Made by a program: the position numbers and the translations under genes. Positions 59,680-64,000 of a stretch of 64,000 nt of DNA are shown in pieces. The notes under the pieces are model-generated. The model was not told the DNA's origin, did no database searches, and saw only the letters and a program-made list of their open reading frames with translations. Location of the stretch: positions 640,001 to 704,000 of the forward strand of contig CAWJSK010000012.1 in NCBI GenBank assembly GCA_963845535.1, read 5' to 3'. This DNA comes from an uncultured Spirochaetota bacterium. GTDB taxonomy: Bacteria; Spirochaetota; Spirochaetia; SZUA-6; Fen-1364. Every line of letters begins with the position of its first letter. Within the stretch, counting starts at the first letter, position 1.

Positions 59680-61359
59680 ATGACTGGCAGGAATCGCAAG
59701 CGAAGTCTCGGCGTCAGTTTTGTGCCGGATCGTACGCCGCTCACCAAGGCACCAGTTCCGCGGCCCTCTTCTGGAATAATAGAGCCCGGCATAATCCTGG
59801 AACGCGATGTGCGCGTACCCATGCCAGACGGGGTACGGTTGTCAGCGAACGTTTTTCGACCTGCCGCCGCTGGCGCCTGCCCGGCCATACTGTCCGTCAC
59901 TCCGTACGGAAAAGACAACCTGCCTGACCGCAAGTTCATGTTTTTCATGCGTCTGGCAGGCGTGCGCTTCGGCAAACTCGACTGCTCGAAATGGACAGGC
60001 TTTGAAGCGCCCGACCCGATCTATTGGGTACGGCAAGGATATGCAGTAGCCCAGGTGGATGTGCGCGGCATGCATGCCTCAGAGGGCTCGGCTGGTGTGT
60101 TGAATGACCAGGACGCTGAGGACTATGCCGCCTTTATCGCGTGGGCAGCAGCCCAGTCGTGGTGCAACGGTCGCGTCGGCTTGATGGGCGTTTCTTTTCT
60201 TGCCATGTCGCAGTTTCGGGTGGCGGCGCTACGGCCGCCGGCCCTCAAGGCAATCTGTCCCTGGGAAGGCGTCACGGATCAGTTTCGAGAATTAGCATAC
60301 CAGGATGGCGTACCTGAAACAGGCTTTACTACAATCTGGTGGAAGAGGCGGCTTGTACCCAGCCACAACAAACGTTTCCCCATGGCAGAGGACTATCTGG
60401 CAAACATCGAGCAGCACCCGTTTGACGACGATTATTGGGCCGGCAAGCGGCCTGCCCTTGAAAAGATCGATGTGCCCGCGCTCATCTGTGCCAGTTGGTC
60501 TGACCACGGCCTTCATACCCGCGGCTCCTTTATTGGTTATGAACGGATCCGATCGACACAAAAGTGGCTGTTCACGCATGGCCGACGCAAATGGGAGACG
60601 TTTTACGGCTCAGAGGCCAAGGCCATTCAGACGACGTTTTTCGCCTTCACCCTCAAGCAACAGCCGAACGCCATGGACGGCATCCCGGCAGTACGCCTGG
60701 AGCGCCGGCGAGCATGGTACCAGGCTGATGTCCGCGCTGAACCGACCTGGCCTCTGCCAGCGGCAAAGTCTACTCCACTCTATCTGTCTATTCCAATGAA
60801 ACTGGTGCCAGAACATCCCAAAACGGCGGCTGTAGCTTCGTATGATTCAAAAGCCCGAAAGGACTGCGCGAGCTTCGGATATACTTTCGATCGCGACATC
60901 GAGTTGACAGGCAGCATGCGGCTCAAGCTGTGGGTGAGCACGTCCGACTCGGAGGACCTCGACCTCTTCATCACTCTCCACAAGCTCGACAAAGCGGGGC
61001 GTGAGATTTATTTCCCCGGCTACAACGGCTTTGATCGAGATTGCGTGGCCAAAGGTTGGCTGCGTGCCTCTCACCGCGAGCTTGACCCGACGCTCAGCAC
61101 CCCACTTCGGCCCTGGCACACCCACCGCAGGGCGGAGCCAATTCCGCGAGGTCAAACCGTGCCGGTGGAGATCGAGATACTACCCTCAAGCACACTGTTT
61201 GAAGCTGGCACTACGCTCCGGCTCGACATCCAAGGCCATGACGCCGCTCGCTATCCAGCTTTCGGGCACAAGCGAACCGTCAATAGAGGCCTGCACCTGA
61301 TCCACTGCGGCGGAGAGTTCGACTCTCAACTGGCCGCACCGTGGATCATCCCGTTGTAG
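59680..61359 (+). CDS. CocE/NonD family alpha/beta hydrolase
   Basis: Motifs VPMPDGVRLSANVFRP, TPYGK, DVRG...SEG, GVSF (nucleophile elbow), WSD.GLH and H...KW; PepX_C-like GWLRASHR. Confidence 0.93.
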   Translation: MTGRNRKRSLGVSFVPDRTPLTKAPVPRPSSGIIEPGIILERDVRVPMPDGVRLSANVFRPAAAGACPAILSVTPYGKDNLPDRKFMFFMRLAGVRFGKLDCSKWTGFEAPDPIYWVRQGYAVAQVDVRGMHASEGSAGVLNDQDAEDYAAFIAWAAAQSWCNGRVGLMGVSFLAMSQFRVAALRPPALKAICPWEGVTDQFRELAYQDGVPETGFTTIWWKRRLVPSHNKRFPMAEDYLANIEQHPFDDDYWAGKRPALEKIDVPALICASWSDHGLHTRGSFIGYERIRSTQKWLFTHGRRKWETFYGSEAKAIQTTFFAFTLKQQPNAMDGIPAVRLERRRAWYQADVRAEPTWPLPAAKSTPLYLSIPMKLVPEHPKTAAVASYDSKARKDCASFGYTFDRDIELTGSMRLKLWVSTSDSEDLDLFITLHKLDKAGREIYFPGYNGFDRDCVAKGWLRASHRELDPTLSTPLRPWHTHRRAEPIPRGQTVPVEIEILPSSTLFEAGTTLRLDIQGHDAARYPAFGHKRTVNRGLHLIHCGGEFDSQLAAPWIIPL

Positions 61360-61442
61360 CGGCCGCCGGTGCCTCAGGTGTTGCAATGATCAATTGGGCG
61401 GTCCTACTATAAAGGAAAGTTGAAGCTGGAGACGATAAAGAC

Positions 61443-61787
61443 ATGAATGCCGTTCATTCCGAATTGAATGGGATACAAGTACTCGAGATGCAATCCGAGG
61501 GCATAGTAGTCCGCAACGCGCGAGACGCGGCTGATCTTGCAAAGCAAGTTTTGGAGCGCGGGATCAAGAAACTTGTGCTCTATGAGAAGAACATTTGCCC
61601 AGAAATGTGGCAATTGTCAAACGGGCTCGCGGTCGCGATTTTGAAAGAGTTTGCTGACGCTGCCGTGGATGTCGCTTTTGTAGGAGATTTTGGGCGGTAC
61701 AAGAGCAAGAGCTTTCAAGCGCTGGAAGCCCAGACGATTTTTGTAGACAACGTTGATTTGGCAAAAATGCGTCTCACGAAACACTAG
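61443..61787 (+). CDS. DUF4180 domain protein
   Basis: Motifs LSNGLA..IL..F, VAFVGDF..Y.SKSF and FV......L. Confidence 0.7.
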   Translation: MNAVHSELNGIQVLEMQSEGIVVRNARDAADLAKQVLERGIKKLVLYEKNICPEMWQLSNGLAVAILKEFADAAVDVAFVGDFGRYKSKSFQALEAQTIFVDNVDLAKMRLTKH

Positions 61788-61807
61788 AAGCTGCCGAGGA
61801 TTCTCCC

Positions 61808-62959
61808 GTGAATGATCTTCCCGTGATCTGCTGGACGGAATCCGGCCAGCGCAAGTCTGCCCCCTGGCGATCCGAGAGCGGTGTACATCCACATGAAAAT
61901 GTAGTCATCGCAGATGACAGCCTCAGCGCGGATGCAGCCTATCGCCTTGCCTCCAAAGGAACCGCTATTCTGTGGCGCGGAGATTTCAATAACGCCCGCG
62001 AGCTGCTGAAAGCGCTTTCGCGCCGTTTGGTGCGCAAGCCGCGCCGCATGGACAGGAAAGCCGCCACACGGAAGGCGCCGCTTGCGGAAGCGTTTCACCT
62101 GCTGCGGCAAACCCAGGAGCAGCGCGCGCGAATCTTGGGCATGCTGCTGGTGACGCTGGAGAGCGACTACCGCGTGCCTTTGCGGCGTGCGCCTGATGTG
62201 CAGCAGGCTTGTATCGAGGTATTCGGTCCCGGCGGGCAAGCTTCCGTCATTTCGTTGCGTGAGCTGCTGGGTTTGATTGGTGCTCATGAGTGGCGCAGAA
62301 AGGGTATGCTGATACCGGCGTTGGACAATCGTATTTACCCGCACTACGGCGTCTTTTCTCCAATTCGCGGTGAGTACGTGGAGCTGGTGGCAGAAGCGCC
62401 GTTACCCTCAAAGGAACTGGCTTTCGATATTGGCACAGGCACCGGCGTGCTGGCCGCCGTGTTGGCGCGCCGCGGCGTGGCGCGCGTTTTGGCAACTGAT
62501 CAGGACACGCGCGCGCTGGCATGCGCCAGTGAGAACATCGCACGGCTTGGGTTGGGCGGGCGGGTGGAAGTGGTGCACGCGGATTTGTTTCCAGAGGGCC
62601 GCGCCCCGCTTGTTGTCTGCAACCCGCCTTGGATTCCAGCGCGGCCGAGCTCTCCTCTGGAACGTTCGGTGTATGACCCGGACAGCCAAATGCTGATGGG
62701 ATTCCTCAACGGGCTGGCCGCGCACCTGGAGCCGGCTGGGGAAGGTTGGCTGATCCTTTCCGATATCGCGGAGCATTTGGGACTGCGCACACGAGATGAG
62801 TTGCTCGCGGCCATCGACGCGGCGGGACTACGAATGATGGGCAAGCTGGATGTACGTCCGTATCACCCCAGGACAAAGGACGTTGCTGACCCCCTGCACG
62901 AAGCCCGCGTGGCGGAGATCACCTCGCTCTGGCGGCTCGCGGCAGGGCCGGTAGCCTGA
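61808..62959 (+). CDS. Class I SAM-dependent N-methyltransferase (MTS/HemK-like)
   Basis: Motifs PHYGVFSP.RGEY, AFDIGTGTG, DLFP, VCNPPW and LSDIAEHLGLR. Confidence 0.88.
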   Translation: MNDLPVICWTESGQRKSAPWRSESGVHPHENVVIADDSLSADAAYRLASKGTAILWRGDFNNARELLKALSRRLVRKPRRMDRKAATRKAPLAEAFHLLRQTQEQRARILGMLLVTLESDYRVPLRRAPDVQQACIEVFGPGGQASVISLRELLGLIGAHEWRRKGMLIPALDNRIYPHYGVFSPIRGEYVELVAEAPLPSKELAFDIGTGTGVLAAVLARRGVARVLATDQDTRALACASENIARLGLGGRVEVVHADLFPEGRAPLVVCNPPWIPARPSSPLERSVYDPDSQMLMGFLNGLAAHLEPAGEGWLILSDIAEHLGLRTRDELLAAIDAAGLRMMGKLDVRPYHPRTKDVADPLHEARVAEITSLWRLAAGPVA

Positions 62960-63005
62960 ATCTGCTTAGCCGCCGACCCGGGCGTGTACTCGCAAGTGAG
63001 CTCCG

Positions 63006-64000
63006 TTATCCTCCGTACGTCTCCTCATACTGATCACGCAGAGCGGCCACCACCGCAGGGTCCGCCAGCGTGGTGACGTCTCCCAGCGTCCTGCCTTCCG
63101 CGATGTCGCGCAAGAGACGGCGCATGATTTTTCCAGAGCGAGTCTTGGGCAGGTCCCTGGTGAAAAGGATCTCTTCGGGCCGCGCAAGCGCGCCAATCTT
63201 CTTCACGACGTGCTGTTTCAACTCTTCGACAAGAGTGGCGCTCGTGGCGTGTCCGTTCTTCAGGCTCACAAAGGCAACAATCGCCTGGCCCTTCAGCTCG
63301 TGCGCCCGACCCACCACCGCCGCCTCCGCCACCGCGGGGTGGTCCACGAGCGCGGACTCCACTTCCATGGTGCCAATGCGGTGAGCGGAAACGTTGAGAA
63401 CGTCATCCACACGGCCCAGTATCATGAAGTTGCCTTTCTTGTCGCGCTTTGCTCCATCTCCCGGGAAATAGATCTTCTTGTCCCACTTGGAGAAATACGT
63501 TGTCACGTAACGCTCATCATCTCCCCAGACGGTGTGCAGCATGGAAGGCCAGGGATGCATGATTGCAAGGAGCCCGCTTCCCTCGGTCACCTCCTTGCCC
63601 GTCTCATCCAGGACCGTTGCGAAAATCCCCGGCAAGGGGGTGCCGGCGAACCCAGGTTTCATGGTCGATACCCCAGGCAGGCCGCTGATCATGATGGCGC
63701 CCGTTTCCGTCTGCCACCATGTGTCCACAACCGGACAGCGCCCTCCCCCGATCTTCTCGTGGTACCACATCCACGCCTCGGGGTTGATCGGCTCACCGAC
63801 GGTGCCCAGGAGACGGAGGCTCGAAAGGTCATGCCTGGCGGGCAGCTCGTCTCCCCACTTCATGAAGGAACGGATGGATGTGGGCGCGGTGTAGAACACG
63901 CTCACGCAGTGGCGCTCGATCAGCTCCCAGAACCGGTCCTTCTCCGGGAAATCAGGCGCGCCCTCGTAGATGAGGACGGTTGCCCCGTTCAGCAGCGGTC
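63006..64000 (-). CDS. acs: Acetyl-CoA synthetase (3' part; gene starts beyond the right edge)
   Basis: Motifs [50 protein letters not shown] and [14 protein letters not shown]. Confidence 0.96.
   Translation of the reverse strand, partial: PLLNGATVLIYEGAPDFPEKDRFWELIERHCVSVFYTAPTSIRSFMKWGDELPARHDLSSLRLLGTVGEPINPEAWMWYHEKIGGGRCPVVDTWWQTETGAIMISGLPGVSTMKPGFAGTPLPGIFATVLDETGKEVTEGSGLLAIMHPWPSMLHTVWGDDERYVTTYFSKWDKKIYFPGDGAKRDKKGNFMILGRVDDVLNVSAHRIGTMEVESALVDHPAVAEAAVVGRAHELKGQAIVAFVSLKNGHATSATLVEELKQHVVKKIGALARPEEILFTRDLPKTRSGKIMRRLLRDIAEGRTLGDVTTLADPAVVAALRDQYEETYGG

Noticed and set aside
63006..64000. acs as a dedicated acetyl-CoA supplier for the mevalonate cluster
   Set aside because: It is about 39 kb away and a common housekeeping gene; there is no linkage evidence.

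Overview
A GC-rich bacterial chromosomal window, most likely from a free-living spirochaete (Spirochaetia). This is inferred from the Borrelia-like mevalonate genes, the 'xFAxGxKE' binding-protein N-termini and a spirochaete-type lipobox. Content from left to right: (1) 1-13.7 kb, the 5' part of one giant (at least ~4,560 aa) secreted beta-helical surface protein with signal peptide, DUF2341 and LamG domains and hierarchical internal repeats, broken into about ten ORFs by single-base indels. (2) A class II aldolase and FGGY kinase translationally coupled to hmgR-mvaD-pmk-mvk, facing a convergent mvaS-fni pair, which together form the six-enzyme classical mevalonate pathway from HMG-CoA synthase to IPP isomerase. 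(3) A CUT2 sugar ABC transporter, dehydrogenases, a GNAT and a secreted ankyrin protein. (4) A beta-barrel-like/transglutaminase-like/TPR gene overlapping an NHL lipoprotein gene. (5) A PAS hybrid kinase followed by a kinase-less membrane sensor. (6) A MocR regulator divergent from EamA, a stand-alone B3/4 tRNA-editing-domain gene and MATE, a candidate toxic-amino-acid defence module. (7) A carbohydrate locus with an ADP-ribosylglycohydrolase-family protein, GH172, a YesMN-like two-component system, a CUT1 ABC transporter, DUF4432 and an atypical fucose-isomerase-like gene, a candidate D-arabinofuranoside pathway. (8) An ArsM/ArsC chimeric remnant, a CGNR regulator with twin TAACY-N18-GGTTA palindromes, VOC, CocE/NonD, DUF4180, a methyltransferase and the 3' part of acs. 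No rRNA, tRNA, CRISPR array, integrase or transposase was recognised. Most frameshifts look like sequencing or assembly errors. All family calls are from motif recognition by eye; no searches were run.
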